DNA of 64,000 nt from positions 1 to 64,000 of the IMG/VR virus record IMGVR_UViG_3300032232_001415. The stretch is one strand, 5' to 3'. The notes below the pieces were generated by a model. It saw nothing but the letters and a program-made list of their open reading frames with translations, ran no database searches and was not told the DNA's origin. Position numbers and translations under genes: made by a program. The DNA comes from a virus. Taxonomy: Duplodnaviria; Caudoviricetes. How positions within the stretch are numbered: position 1 is the first letter of the stretch; every line of letters begins with the position of its first letter. Positions 35,871-45,976 of this stretch are shown piece by piece.

Positions 35871-36671
35871 ATGAATAATAGAGAAGTTCAATGTGTAACA
35901 ATACTTTCAGACTTAATAGAAAATGAAGGATTAATTGGAATTAAAACTTCTTTTGAGGATGAGGGGGCATCTTTCAACGAAACTATACGCCTTAAAGAAA
36001 TTTGTAATCAAGCTAATACCAAAATTACACTCAAAATTGGGGGACCAGAAGCTATTAGAGATATAAAGGATTCCTTGATCATAGGAGTTAAAGGACTTGT
36101 TGCTCCTATGGTAGAATCAGCTTTTGGACTTCAAAAATTCGTCCAAGCAATTGATAAAAATATTCCTGAGACTTCACTATCTACTATCAATTTAAATATC
36201 AATATTGAAACTATAGGTGCTATTCAAAATTTAGAAAAAATATTAAACACAGATGAGATAAATAAACTATATGGCATAACTATCGGTAGAGTTGATTTGG
36301 TTTCTTCATTTGGTAAAGATAGAACTTTTGTGGATAGCGATGAAATATATTTGATTGTAAAAAATGCTTTTATTAAAATTAAAGAAAAAGGACTAAAATT
36401 ATGTTTAGGAGGAGCAATATCTATGGATTCTTTGGTTTTTTTAAAGAAATTACATTCTGAAGGATTATTAGATAAATTTGAAACAAGGTACGCCATATAC
36501 GACCCATCAATTGCTTTAAAAAATTTATCAAGATCCCTTACTAAGGGACAGCTATTTGAATACGAATGGCTACAATATAAACATGAATATTATATGAATT
36601 TTGCTAATCAAGATATCAAAAGAATACAAATGATACAAGATAGAATCAATCAGTCGCTACAAAAGAGGTAA
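35871..36671 (+). CDS. HpcH/HpaI aldolase / citrate-lyase-family protein
   Basis: KIGGPEA, APMVES, INIET, GRVDL. Confidence 0.75.
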   Translation: MNNREVQCVTILSDLIENEGLIGIKTSFEDEGASFNETIRLKEICNQANTKITLKIGGPEAIRDIKDSLIIGVKGLVAPMVESAFGLQKFVQAIDKNIPETSLSTINLNINIETIGAIQNLEKILNTDEINKLYGITIGRVDLVSSFGKDRTFVDSDEIYLIVKNAFIKIKEKGLKLCLGGAISMDSLVFLKKLHSEGLLDKFETRYAIYDPSIALKNLSRSLTKGQLFEYEWLQYKHEYYMNFANQDIKRIQMIQDRINQSLQKR

Positions 36672-36682
36672 AAATTAAATAT

Positions 36683-37081
36683 ATGACAACATACTCTAAT
36701 TTAGTAAAAGAAGAAGAATCCAATATAATTGCTATAGATTTTGATGGCGTAATTCATAGCTTTGAATATGGGTTTCATGATGGAACAATCTACGGAACAC
36801 CAATAGAAGGGTCAATCGATGCCATTAAAAGAATAGCTGCGGCCTATAAGATTGTCCTGTTCACTGCAAAAGCAAGATCAGATAGACCATTAATCAATGG
36901 CAAAACTGGAAAAGAACTAGTATGGGAATGGCTAAAAAAATATGATATATCGCAATACATATTTGATATAACAGCAGAAAAACCCAGATGTATTTGTTAT
37001 ATAGATGATAAAGCTATAAATTTTAAAAATTGGACCCAGGCACTAAATGACTTGAAAGATTTTATAAATGAAAGTGTCTGA
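36683..37081 (+). CDS. Small HAD-family phosphatase
   Basis: IAIDFDGVIH, FTA, EKP, YIDDKA. Confidence 0.8.
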   Translation: MTTYSNLVKEEESNIIAIDFDGVIHSFEYGFHDGTIYGTPIEGSIDAIKRIAAAYKIVLFTAKARSDRPLINGKTGKELVWEWLKKYDISQYIFDITAEKPRCICYIDDKAINFKNWTQALNDLKDFINESV

Positions 37082-38813
37082 TATAGTAATTCAATTTTTA
37101 GAATCAAAAAATATTGAACATGTATTTACTGTTTCTGGTGGCGGATGCATACACCTAATAGATTCTTTAGGTAAATCAAAAAGAATACAATATGTTTGCA
37201 CACATCATGAACAATCAGCAACTATGGCCACTGAAGGATATTTCAGACTAAGTAATAAGATTAGTGCATCCATTGTCACAACAGGGCCGGGAGGAACCAA
37301 TGCTCTTACTGGAGTGTTAGGATGTTGGTTAGATAGTATACCATCAATCATAATCTCTGGACAAGTTCCATCAAAACAATTAAATATTGGTACTGGTTGC
37401 AGACAAATCGGCGATCAAGAATTCAATATTATAGATTGTGTTAAGTCAATGACCAAATATGCAGTTGTGCTAGATAAACCAGAGAATATATTATATGAAT
37501 TAGAAAAAGCATATCAATATGCTACTACTGGCCGTCCTGGTCCAGTGTGGATAGATATTCCATTAGATTTTCAGGGGGCGGAAATCGATATAGAAAATAT
37601 TAATAAATATCAAAGCAATAATATTGATTACAAAATATCTAATGATGAATTATTAAAATTTAAAAATTTGCTAGAACAAGCTAAACAGCCATTGATTGTA
37701 GCTGGTAATGGCATTAGAATTTCTAATAGTATTAAATTATTAGATAAGTTTATTAAAAAATATAATATTCCAGTTGTTACTGGAATTCATAGTGGAATAG
37801 ATAGCGTAGATAACGAATATGCATTTTATTGTGGAAGAATTGGTATTCTAGGACAAATAACTGCTAATGAAATAATTCAAGAAGCTGATTTATTAATTGT
37901 TCTAGGTAGTAGACTAAGTGTTAAGATGTCAGGATACAATATTACTGAATTTGCTCCAAAAGCTAAAAAAATTCAAGTAGACATAGATCCTGCAGAAATT
38001 AATAAGCATAAATTTTTAATAGATCTTAAAATAATTACAGATTTGACACAATTTTTAAATATTATAAACAAAAAAAAATATAACATACAAATAGATCCAT
38101 GGAAAAATCATGTTTACGAAATAAGAAAACAACAAAAATATTTTTATGCAAAACATGAGAATATGCAAAACTATGTTAGTATCTATTATTTTATGAGTAT
38201 ACTTAAAAAATATGCATATAATTATCCAATAATAACTAGTGATGGCTCGGCACATGTTGTAACATTACAATCGTACAATCTTATAAAAGATCAAATATGC
38301 TTTACTAATGTTGGGTGCGCAAGTATGGGATATGGATTACCAGCATCTATCGGGGCATGCTTTGCAAATAATAAAGAACCCGTTATTTGTATGGAAGGCG
38401 ATGGAAGCATACAGATGAATATTCAAGAACTACAAACCATTATTCATCATAAACTACCAATAAAAATATTTGTAATAAATAATCAAGGATATTTATCTAT
38501 TAAAATAACACAAGAATCATTTTTTGGTGGAAACGAGGTCGCATCTGGCCCAGATAATGGAGTTAGTTTTCCTAATTTAGAAAAAATTAGTAATGCTTAT
38601 GGCATCAAATACTATAGTATTAATAATAATAAAAATATAAATACAATATTAAATGATGTATTTAGTTATGATGGACCATTAATTTGTGAATTATTTGGAT
38701 ATCCTTATGAGAAGCACGAACCAAAAGTCACTCATAAAGGTATTGATAAAAATGGAAATATTATTCCTGGCAATTTAACCAATATGACTATCTCTGATTC
38801 ATTTAACTTATGA
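37068..38813 (+). CDS. Thiamine-diphosphate enzyme (acetolactate-synthase fold, YerE-like)
   Basis: HHEQ, TTGPGGTN, GRPGPVWIDIP, ASMGYG, GDGSIQMNIQEL...NN; sits in a sugar-biosynthesis cluster. Confidence 0.88.
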   Translation: MKVSDIVIQFLESKNIEHVFTVSGGGCIHLIDSLGKSKRIQYVCTHHEQSATMATEGYFRLSNKISASIVTTGPGGTNALTGVLGCWLDSIPSIIISGQVPSKQLNIGTGCRQIGDQEFNIIDCVKSMTKYAVVLDKPENILYELEKAYQYATTGRPGPVWIDIPLDFQGAEIDIENINKYQSNNIDYKISNDELLKFKNLLEQAKQPLIVAGNGIRISNSIKLLDKFIKKYNIPVVTGIHSGIDSVDNEYAFYCGRIGILGQITANEIIQEADLLIVLGSRLSVKMSGYNITEFAPKAKKIQVDIDPAEINKHKFLIDLKIITDLTQFLNIINKKKYNIQIDPWKNHVYEIRKQQKYFYAKHENMQNYVSIYYFMSILKKYAYNYPIITSDGSAHVVTLQSYNLIKDQICFTNVGCASMGYGLPASIGACFANNKEPVICMEGDGSIQMNIQELQTIIHHKLPIKIFVINNQGYLSIKITQESFFGGNEVASGPDNGVSFPNLEKISNAYGIKYYSINNNKNINTILNDVFSYDGPLICELFGYPYEKHEPKVTHKGIDKNGNIIPGNLTNMTISDSFNL

Positions 38814-39940
38814 AAAAATGTAATTTTTGCAATAATATTCTAGAACATATATATACTCCTTATAATTCTAAAATTAATTTAGAAATTTTCATATGCGTCG
38901 AGTGCGGATTGGTTCAGAGCGATTATGATCAGGCATTGTACGAAGAATCTAATGTATGTAAAAAAATAAAGTTTGATCATTTAGGTTGTGATGCAAATTA
39001 TTCTGATATTAGAGTTGGCAAACAACAAATGGTCAAATATATTTTTGATATTTTTGATAATTTAAAATTAAAACATCCTATTAAAAAAGTGCTTGATATG
39101 AGATCGGCCAGAGGTCATTTTGCATTAAGAGCATTAGACTATTTTAATATAGATAGCATAGATTGTATAGAAGAAGATATTTATATGCTAGATAACTATA
39201 AAAATAATTCTAAAATTAATATCATTAATACTAAATACCATCAACATATTAATTATGATTATGATTTGATATATTCTTGTCATAGTTTAGAGCATTATCA
39301 AAATCCTTCTAAATATTTAAAGTTTGTTAGAACTCTTTTAAATATTAATGGATATTTTTATATAGATGTTCCTAATTTAAACAATATTAATCATCAAAAT
39401 AATATAGATGAATTTTTTTATGATAAACACTTATATTATTATGATGCAATTACATTAATAAATTTTATAGAGAATATTGGATTTGAATTAGTTACACAAA
39501 AAATTTCAAATCAAAATATTGGGCTTTTATTCTATAAGTCCGATAATATTAATCTTTCTATTAAAAATAATCAATACATAAAAAATAAAAATTTAATAAG
39601 GTCTTACACATATAACATAAAACAAAATAGAAATAAACTTAGTAATATTAGTGTAAATTTTAATTCTGGAAATAATATTATTTTTGGTTGTGGTCGTCCT
39701 CTTGATGCTCTTGTCAAATATGCAAATTTAAATCTAAATCAGTTCAATTTTTTAGTAGATGATTTTTTATCAGAAATTACGGATACAATATATAGTAAAC
39801 CACTATATAATAGTAGCATATTAAAAAATAATAATATTGATAATATGTTATTAATGGTTAAAGAACCAGATATGTTATTAACAAAATTTAAAAACATTCC
39901 TAATATATTAACTTTATCTAGATTATTACATAATGAATAA
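38810..39940 (+). CDS. SAM-dependent methyltransferase with N-terminal Zn-binding motif (sugar C/O-methyltransferase-like)
   Basis: CNFC...CVECGLVQ, HSLEH, YIDVPN, H.YY. Confidence 0.75.
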   Translation: MKKCNFCNNILEHIYTPYNSKINLEIFICVECGLVQSDYDQALYEESNVCKKIKFDHLGCDANYSDIRVGKQQMVKYIFDIFDNLKLKHPIKKVLDMRSARGHFALRALDYFNIDSIDCIEEDIYMLDNYKNNSKINIINTKYHQHINYDYDLIYSCHSLEHYQNPSKYLKFVRTLLNINGYFYIDVPNLNNINHQNNIDEFFYDKHLYYYDAITLINFIENIGFELVTQKISNQNIGLLFYKSDNINLSIKNNQYIKNKNLIRSYTYNIKQNRNKLSNISVNFNSGNNIIFGCGRPLDALVKYANLNLNQFNFLVDDFLSEITDTIYSKPLYNSSILKNNNIDNMLLMVKEPDMLLTKFKNIPNILTLSRLLHNE

Positions 39941-40784
39941 AATTATTATTTTAAGTCCACCAAGAAGTGGTAGTTCTATTCTAGCTAAACTAATAGAATC
40001 AGCTGGATATAAAAATTTTATTTCAAAAAATTCATTCCTACTATCTGGATCAGAATACAATAAAGATGGATATTTTGAGGATATTGCAATAACACTATTA
40101 AATGATCAACTTATTCGTATGTGCTACGGAAGCGACTATAGTTTTTTACATACTCCATCATTTGATTCATACAAAAAAATTAATTTACACAATAATATAT
40201 CATTTAAATATAATTTAGAAAATTTATTTATACCTAGTCAATATAAAGAAAAAATATTTGAGTATACTGGGAATACTTGGGATTCGTGGGGCATTACCAG
40301 AATGCTTGAAGGAGAAAAATGGCATAAGTGCTATAATAGATATAATATAGATAATTATACTAATATCATAGATGCTTTATCTGAGATAGTAACATCTTTC
40401 AATAATAATAACCAAAACATAATTATTAAAGATCCAAGACTTGCTTTAATAATGCCAGTATATAAGTTTGATCAAAAAATAAAAATTTTATATATTAAAC
40501 GTCAATATAAAAATATAAAAAAATCAATTTTAAAACACTATGGACCTAATTTATTCACCAAAAAATATATTTTTGATACTAAATATTGTTCAAATTATTT
40601 TAATTATTTAATTAAATATCAAAGCTTTAGATACTATATAAAGACATATAATAAAATTATTGAAGAGTCATTGAATAAATATGAATCATTGACTATAGAT
40701 TATGAAAAATTAAATAAAAAATCTACAATTGATAAAATTAATTACTTTATTGGTTCCTCAATAGACTCTACTCTGATTAAATAA
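39933..40784 (+). CDS. Sulfotransferase-family protein
   Basis: PPRSGSS PAPS-binding loop, N.DGYFED, IKDPR. Confidence 0.75.
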   Translation: MNKIIILSPPRSGSSILAKLIESAGYKNFISKNSFLLSGSEYNKDGYFEDIAITLLNDQLIRMCYGSDYSFLHTPSFDSYKKINLHNNISFKYNLENLFIPSQYKEKIFEYTGNTWDSWGITRMLEGEKWHKCYNRYNIDNYTNIIDALSEIVTSFNNNNQNIIIKDPRLALIMPVYKFDQKIKILYIKRQYKNIKKSILKHYGPNLFTKKYIFDTKYCSNYFNYLIKYQSFRYYIKTYNKIIEESLNKYESLTIDYEKLNKKSTIDKINYFIGSSIDSTLIK

Positions 40785-40794
40785 AAAAATACTT

Positions 40795-41598
40795 ATGAAT
40801 AAAAAAATATTAATAACAGGAGGAAATGGATATCTTGCAAAAGAAATAAAAAAATATTTCCAAGACTGTTATGATGTAGTCTCAATTTCAAGATCAGATT
40901 TTGATCTTTCGTCTTATGATGAAACTAAAAAATGGTTTAATGATAAATATTTTGACATAGTAATACATACTGCAATTTCTGGAGGTAGCAGACTTAAAGA
41001 AGACGGACCCGATATACTAGATAATAATATTCGAATGATATATAATCTAATAGATAATAAAAATAAATTCAATAAATTTGTAAATTTTAGTTCTGGTGCT
41101 GAGATTTTTAAACCAAATGAACCATATGGACTTAGTAAAAGAGTCATATCGAATATTCTGCCAACAGCATTTGATAATTATTTAAATATAAGAATATATG
41201 CTATTTTTAATGAAAATGAAATAGAAACAAGATTTATTAAATCTAATATAATAAGATATATTAAAAAAGAACCAATAATAGTTCATATCAATAAAATTAT
41301 GGATTTTTTTTATATAACTGATTTATTAACAATAATAAAATTATATATTAAAGATGAATTAAATTGCATCAAAGAAATAGATTGTACATATAGTCAAACA
41401 TTATGCTTACTTGATATAGCAGAAATAATAAATAATTTATCTTCACATAAAGTAAAGATCATATTAGAAAATGATAAAAATATGCAATCTTATAATGGAA
41501 ACTATAATTATATTTTAGACTCTATTCCTATTATTGGATTAGAACAAGGAATCAAACAAACATATTCTAAACTAGAAAGACTATATGAAACCAATTAG
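40795..41598 (+). CDS. NAD-dependent epimerase/reductase (SDR)
   Basis: ITGGNGYLA, SSGAE, YGLSK. Confidence 0.85.
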   Translation: MNKKILITGGNGYLAKEIKKYFQDCYDVVSISRSDFDLSSYDETKKWFNDKYFDIVIHTAISGGSRLKEDGPDILDNNIRMIYNLIDNKNKFNKFVNFSSGAEIFKPNEPYGLSKRVISNILPTAFDNYLNIRIYAIFNENEIETRFIKSNIIRYIKKEPIIVHINKIMDFFYITDLLTIIKLYIKDELNCIKEIDCTYSQTLCLLDIAEIINNLSSHKVKIILENDKNMQSYNGNYNYILDSIPIIGLEQGIKQTYSKLERLYETN

Positions 41599-42889
41599 TT
41601 TTTGTATACCAACGGCAAAAAATGAAAAAGATTATATCTTTTTATTATTAAAATCACTAACAGATAATATTGAAATTTCATCACATGAAATTATTATTTT
41701 TATAGATACTGATAATCAAAATTCTTATGAAGAATTAATGCAATTTAAGAAAGATAAACCATATATTAAAATTTGTAAAAATCCACATCCTTATATGATT
41801 GGGGCTCAAATAAACATGACAGTAATGTTTAATGAAGCTAAAAATGATATAGTTTGCTACTTGCAATCTGACATGGTAGTGGGTAAGGATCTTGATAAAC
41901 ATATATTAAATAATATAGATGAAAATACCGTGTTGTCTTGCACCAGAATAGAGCCTCCACTGCATCCACAATCTCCAGAAAAAATAGTTGAAAATTTTGG
42001 AGTTAATCCAGAAGAATTCCGCTATGATGACTTTAATAAATATGTGGCTAAAATACAATCAGAGAATAGGGCCGACACACAGTTTTATTTTGCGCCATTT
42101 GCCATATTTAAAAAGACATGGTTCGATGTGCTTGGGGGATTTGATACGCAGTTCAGATGCTCAAGGGAGGACTCTGACATTCAATTAAGGATGCAGATCG
42201 CCGGGTTAAAAATAGTTCAAAACTGGCAAGCTTGCGTTTATCATTTCACATGCGTATCATCAAGAGGTAAGAATTGGTTCAAACCGGACAAAGCTGGTAA
42301 AATTCAAAATATACTACAACAAAATGCCGACAATGAAGAAATGAAAAGGTTTATTAGGAAATGGGGCTATTATGGTCCAACCTCTAAGTCTTCCTATGAT
42401 ATTGGCCTATATATTGAAATTGATCAATTTGTGGATTTTCAATTCTTAGAATGGATAGAAATATATTTTAAAACACTATATCTAAATGAAAAATATCTTT
42501 GCGATGAATTGACGCATAGAATTAAATTTAATAGTAAATATTATTGTAATATGAGATGGAGCTATCCAGACGAATACTGGGAGTCTAAGAGATATCTATT
42601 CAATCAAGATTCTTTAGACAACCATGTTCAATATGTAACAAATCCTGATAAAATTACAAACGACATCGTAATTCAATGTAAATATTCTGATATCATTACA
42701 GACTTTGATCAAAATAGAAAAAATTTCATAGAAAATATAAGCTCAATTATTGAAATAAATGATATTGGACAGTATAATGTAGATATATTTCAATTAAATA
42801 TTAAACAAAAAAATGATTTGAGTAAATCATATATAAAAACTAATAATACAAAAATTTTACTTTCAGACAAAACCCTTATATTTAAATAA
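41585..42889 (+). CDS. GT2 glycosyltransferase
   Basis: YLQSDM, RIEPPLHP, GGFD, EDSD, VYHFTCVSSRG. Confidence 0.85.
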   Translation: MKPISFCIPTAKNEKDYIFLLLKSLTDNIEISSHEIIIFIDTDNQNSYEELMQFKKDKPYIKICKNPHPYMIGAQINMTVMFNEAKNDIVCYLQSDMVVGKDLDKHILNNIDENTVLSCTRIEPPLHPQSPEKIVENFGVNPEEFRYDDFNKYVAKIQSENRADTQFYFAPFAIFKKTWFDVLGGFDTQFRCSREDSDIQLRMQIAGLKIVQNWQACVYHFTCVSSRGKNWFKPDKAGKIQNILQQNADNEEMKRFIRKWGYYGPTSKSSYDIGLYIEIDQFVDFQFLEWIEIYFKTLYLNEKYLCDELTHRIKFNSKYYCNMRWSYPDEYWESKRYLFNQDSLDNHVQYVTNPDKITNDIVIQCKYSDIITDFDQNRKNFIENISSIIEINDIGQYNVDIFQLNIKQKNDLSKSYIKTNNTKILLSDKTLIFK

Positions 42890-42893
42890 TACT

Positions 42894-43355
42894 ATGAGAC
42901 CAAACGATTGGACTTCTTATTACATCGGATTAGCGCATATTGTTTCAAAAAAAAGTCACGATACCCAAACTCAGCATGGATGCATTATTACAGACAGAAA
43001 AAATAGAGTTCTTGGCTTAGGGTATAATGACTTTCCCCGTGGTTTAAAAGACGATAATCTTCCAAATACAAGACCAGATAAATATCCTTGGATGATTCAT
43101 GCTGAACGTAATGCTTTAGCTAATTGCGTAGTAAGACCAGATGGAGGAATAGCATATGTTACAGGACAGTGCTGCAATGATTGTATAATGAGCCTATGGC
43201 AGGAAGGCATAGAAACAGTGATTATGCATAATGCTCATGGTACTCATTTATTTGATACTAAGCAAAAAGAAATATTTGATAAATTTATATCAATGAGTAA
43301 AATAAAAATAGATTATGTAAATCCAGATCTATCTTGGTTAAATATCAATATTTAA
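42894..43355 (+). CDS. dCMP deaminase
   Basis: GYN, HAERNA and CNDC zinc motifs. Confidence 0.88.
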   Translation: MRPNDWTSYYIGLAHIVSKKSHDTQTQHGCIITDRKNRVLGLGYNDFPRGLKDDNLPNTRPDKYPWMIHAERNALANCVVRPDGGIAYVTGQCCNDCIMSLWQEGIETVIMHNAHGTHLFDTKQKEIFDKFISMSKIKIDYVNPDLSWLNINI

Positions 43356-43901
43356 TAATTTTAAAACAGCATCGCTGATTTCTTTTGGCGATATTTTATC
43401 TATCAGTCTAAAATTATCATCATAAGAATAACTTGGTCTTATATCTTTATATGATGATTCTAATATTATAATATCTTCATCTTTTGAAAAATATGGTCCA
43501 CTATTTTTTGCCAAATAGGAATAGATTGCAACTATCTTGGTTTGGAAATGAGAAGCCAAATGTACAGGGAGGCTATCATAGCCCAAATGCAAAGATGCAT
43601 TATGAACTAAATATGCTAGTTCATGATAATTAGTTTTTTCTAAATAGTCAACACTTGCACCATAGTCAATTCCGTCGTGCTCTCCTATTTGTATTATGTC
43701 ATAGTCAGATATAAAACTATTATTATTTTTTAAATTAATAATTACATCTTTCCAATAGGAATATTTTCTAGCATTTCCTTTAGAATGAACAGGATGAAAA
43801 GTTATATATTTTTTAGATGGCAGAGATATTTCTTTTTCTTTTATCCAGCTTTGTCCGATTCTTGCTCCGCTCACGAGAGAATATGTTTCAAGTAAATGCA
43901 T
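43338..43901 (-). CDS. GT9 (heptosyltransferase-like) C-terminal domain
   Basis: YITFHP, RKYSYW, IIQIG, LGYDSLPVHLAS. Confidence 0.75.
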   Translation of the reverse strand: MHLLETYSLVSGARIGQSWIKEKEISLPSKKYITFHPVHSKGNARKYSYWKDVIINLKNNNSFISDYDIIQIGEHDGIDYGASVDYLEKTNYHELAYLVHNASLHLGYDSLPVHLASHFQTKIVAIYSYLAKNSGPYFSKDEDIIILESSYKDIRPSYSYDDNFRLIDKISPKEISDAVLKLLNIDI

Positions 43902-43904
43902 ATA

Positions 43905-44342
43905 TCATCCTAATTCAAAGTATTGTGTTGTTAATTCTTGTCCATAATTTTTAGTCTTAAAAAATACTGATCTGTCTCTTCCATTCCTTGTGTAGTTAGT
44001 TATTGCAGATTGTGTTAATATACCAGCATTGATACTAATGTCGAATATTCCTGGCCAATCACCCTGACCTTCCATTCTCCAAAAATGCATCATTTCGGGA
44101 TGAAAATCTATAATTTTATATATATACGGATTATCTTCTAATATCTGAGCAAAAACAGAACTACATGCAAAGTATATATCAAATTCTGGATACAGTTCTT
44201 CTTTTAGGCTTTTCAATAAACTTGTGGCTAAGAATATATCCCCAGCGCTAGATGGTAATATAAATAATAATGTTGGTCTATTATTTATTCTGCTGTCCCT
44301 TGTCTGATCAAAAATTCTTTTAGCAAAATCTTTATTGCTCAT
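43905..44342 (-). CDS. GT9 (heptosyltransferase-like) N-terminal domain
   Basis: SSAGDIFLATSLLKSLK..YP..DI and ILEDNPYI. Confidence 0.7.
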   Translation of the reverse strand: MSNKDFAKRIFDQTRDSRINNRPTLLFILPSSAGDIFLATSLLKSLKEELYPEFDIYFACSSVFAQILEDNPYIYKIIDFHPEMMHFWRMEGQGDWPGIFDISINAGILTQSAITNYTRNGRDRSVFFKTKNYGQELTTQYFELG

Positions 44343-44731
44343 TTAATAGATCCTAAAATATTTGTTGTTGATAAATTTTTTATTTTCTGAAAAAATACTA
44401 TATTATCTACGATATCTTGACCAACAACTCTCTTATATTTATAATCGTCACCGATAACAATTGTGTCAATATGATTTTTTATTAATTGATTGCACAAGTC
44501 CTCTTCGCTGCTAAATATTACTACTTGATCTATATATTTAATACTCAATAAAAATTCTAACCTATTTTTTTCATTATTTATAGGTCTACTATTTCCTTTT
44601 AATTCCTTTACTCTGCTATCACTGTCAATGCCAACGGTTAATTTGTTTCCTAGAGCTTTTGCATATTCGAATAATTTAATGTGACCTATATGTAACACAT
44701 CGAAACATCCGTTAGTCCATATATTATTCAA
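44339..44731 (-). CDS. Heptose-1-phosphate adenylyltransferase (RfaE domain II/HldC-like)
   Basis: TNGCFDVLHIGH, LKGNSRPIN, GDDY, STTNI. Confidence 0.9.
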   Translation of the reverse strand: MNNIWTNGCFDVLHIGHIKLFEYAKALGNKLTVGIDSDSRVKELKGNSRPINNEKNRLEFLLSIKYIDQVVIFSSEEDLCNQLIKNHIDTIVIGDDYKYKRVVGQDIVDNIVFFQKIKNLSTTNILGSIK

Positions 44732-45504
44732 GGAACTACCACTCCAAACTTACTTACTACTATTGAGGCGCATTCATTAGCGTATATAATAGATTTTTTT
44801 ATATCATTGGTTTCTATATATTTAACAACAAGTCCAGCTAAAAATGTGTCACCAGCCCCACACACATCTCTTAGAGATACTTTTTTCGTATTAAAATATT
44901 CAGCCTCTGATTTATTATCCTTGTACAAGACTGCTCCATCTTCCCCTTTGGTAACTATAATGGATGTATGGTTTAATATTTCTTTTATATTAACATTTAC
45001 AATATTTTCTTTGTATTCTTTATCATTAATTTTTAAAAAATCAACATCAACAACAGTATCACTATCTAATTTTTTCTTAGTATCCATAAATACTATACAA
45101 TTTTCTTTTTTTTGACTACAAATATTTTTTATGTCTGATTGTGAAATAAACCCTTTGCAATAATCTGATATTATGATATAATCATATGTATTAAATTTAT
45201 ATTGATCTAATATTATTCTAGAACAATTATCATTAATATCTTGTCTAAATACAATAGTATTATATTTTGTATCTACAAATCTTCTTTTAATAATCTTACT
45301 TTTGGGTGTTATATGATCTATAATTAAGTTTGAATTTAATGAAATAATATTATTATATACATTAGCAGACATTCCTAAATTTTCATTAAATGTTCCATTG
45401 TCTTTGAAACACATAGCAGCAGCCTCTGGACATACTCTATCGCATGATCCATAAACATACTGGTCTATACAACTTTCTCCAATTATAGCTATGTTTTTTG
45501 TCAT
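44728..45504 (-). CDS. Heptose-7-phosphate kinase (RfaE domain I/HldA-like, PfkB)
   Basis: R.CPEA, ISDYCKG, TKGEDGA, DVCGAGDTF. Confidence 0.88.
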   Translation of the reverse strand: MTKNIAIIGESCIDQYVYGSCDRVCPEAAAMCFKDNGTFNENLGMSANVYNNIISLNSNLIIDHITPKSKIIKRRFVDTKYNTIVFRQDINDNCSRIILDQYKFNTYDYIIISDYCKGFISQSDIKNICSQKKENCIVFMDTKKKLDSDTVVDVDFLKINDKEYKENIVNVNIKEILNHTSIIVTKGEDGAVLYKDNKSEAEYFNTKKVSLRDVCGAGDTFLAGLVVKYIETNDIKKSIIYANECASIVVSKFGVVVP

Positions 45505-45560
45505 ATATTATATTTTTTCTATAAAACACATATTTGGCGCATCTGCTATTTTATGTGAGA

Positions 45561-45923
45561 TTAAATACTTTCTATAATTCTATAAGAATCATTATCATCA
45601 TGGTGAGTAGATATCTCAATAAAATCGCATGGGACATTAAGATTACTTGTGAATCTATGAGCAACCATTGGTTCTAAAGTTATAGAATCTCCTTCTTTTA
45701 AAACTATTGCATTTATGTATTCTTTATTCCAATACTCGATATCTAACACAGTTGAATATTGAATCTTCAACTCTCCTTTAATAATATAAAAAGTTTCTTT
45801 TTTATTTTTATGATAATGAACCGAACACCATTTTTGTGGAACAACATGCAAATGTTTGCCACAGTACAATTGGTTATTTTCTATCCACAGCTCATAGCCC
45901 CATCGTTTCATTACTGTAATCAT
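45561..45923 (-). CDS. Cupin sugar isomerase-like protein
   Basis: KRWGYE, YCGK, SVHYHKNKKETF, HRF, EIST..D.DSYR. Start set at the ATG at 45923. Confidence 0.8.
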   Translation of the reverse strand: MITVMKRWGYELWIENNQLYCGKHLHVVPQKWCSVHYHKNKKETFYIIKGELKIQYSTVLDIEYWNKEYINAIVLKEGDSITLEPMVAHRFTSNLNVPCDFIEISTHHDDNDSYRIIESI

Positions 45924-45929
45924 TTTGTG

Positions 45930-45935
45930 TACACC
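45930..45935 (-). promoter_or_regulatory. GGTGTA motif heading the minus-strand cassette
   Basis: Reverse complement of TACACC, 6 nt before the cupin ATG. Confidence 0.45.
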
Positions 45936-45948
45936 GAAAAAACTTTTG

Positions 45949-45976
45949 TTGCAACTTTCTGACGCCATCCTATAAT
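45949..45976 (+). promoter_or_regulatory. Sigma70-type promoter for nrdJ
   Basis: TTGCAA-N16-TATAAT, followed by an imperfect hairpin at 45986-46023. Confidence 0.6.

Noticed and set aside
37068-38813. Branched-chain amino-acid biosynthesis AMG (ilvB)
   Set aside because: No ilvC, ilvD or regulatory subunit is present, and the context is entirely NDP-sugar biosynthesis.
41880-42420. Locally GC-richer patch inside a GT2 gene
   Set aside because: Only an impression by eye. It coincides with the conserved catalytic region and the frame is intact.
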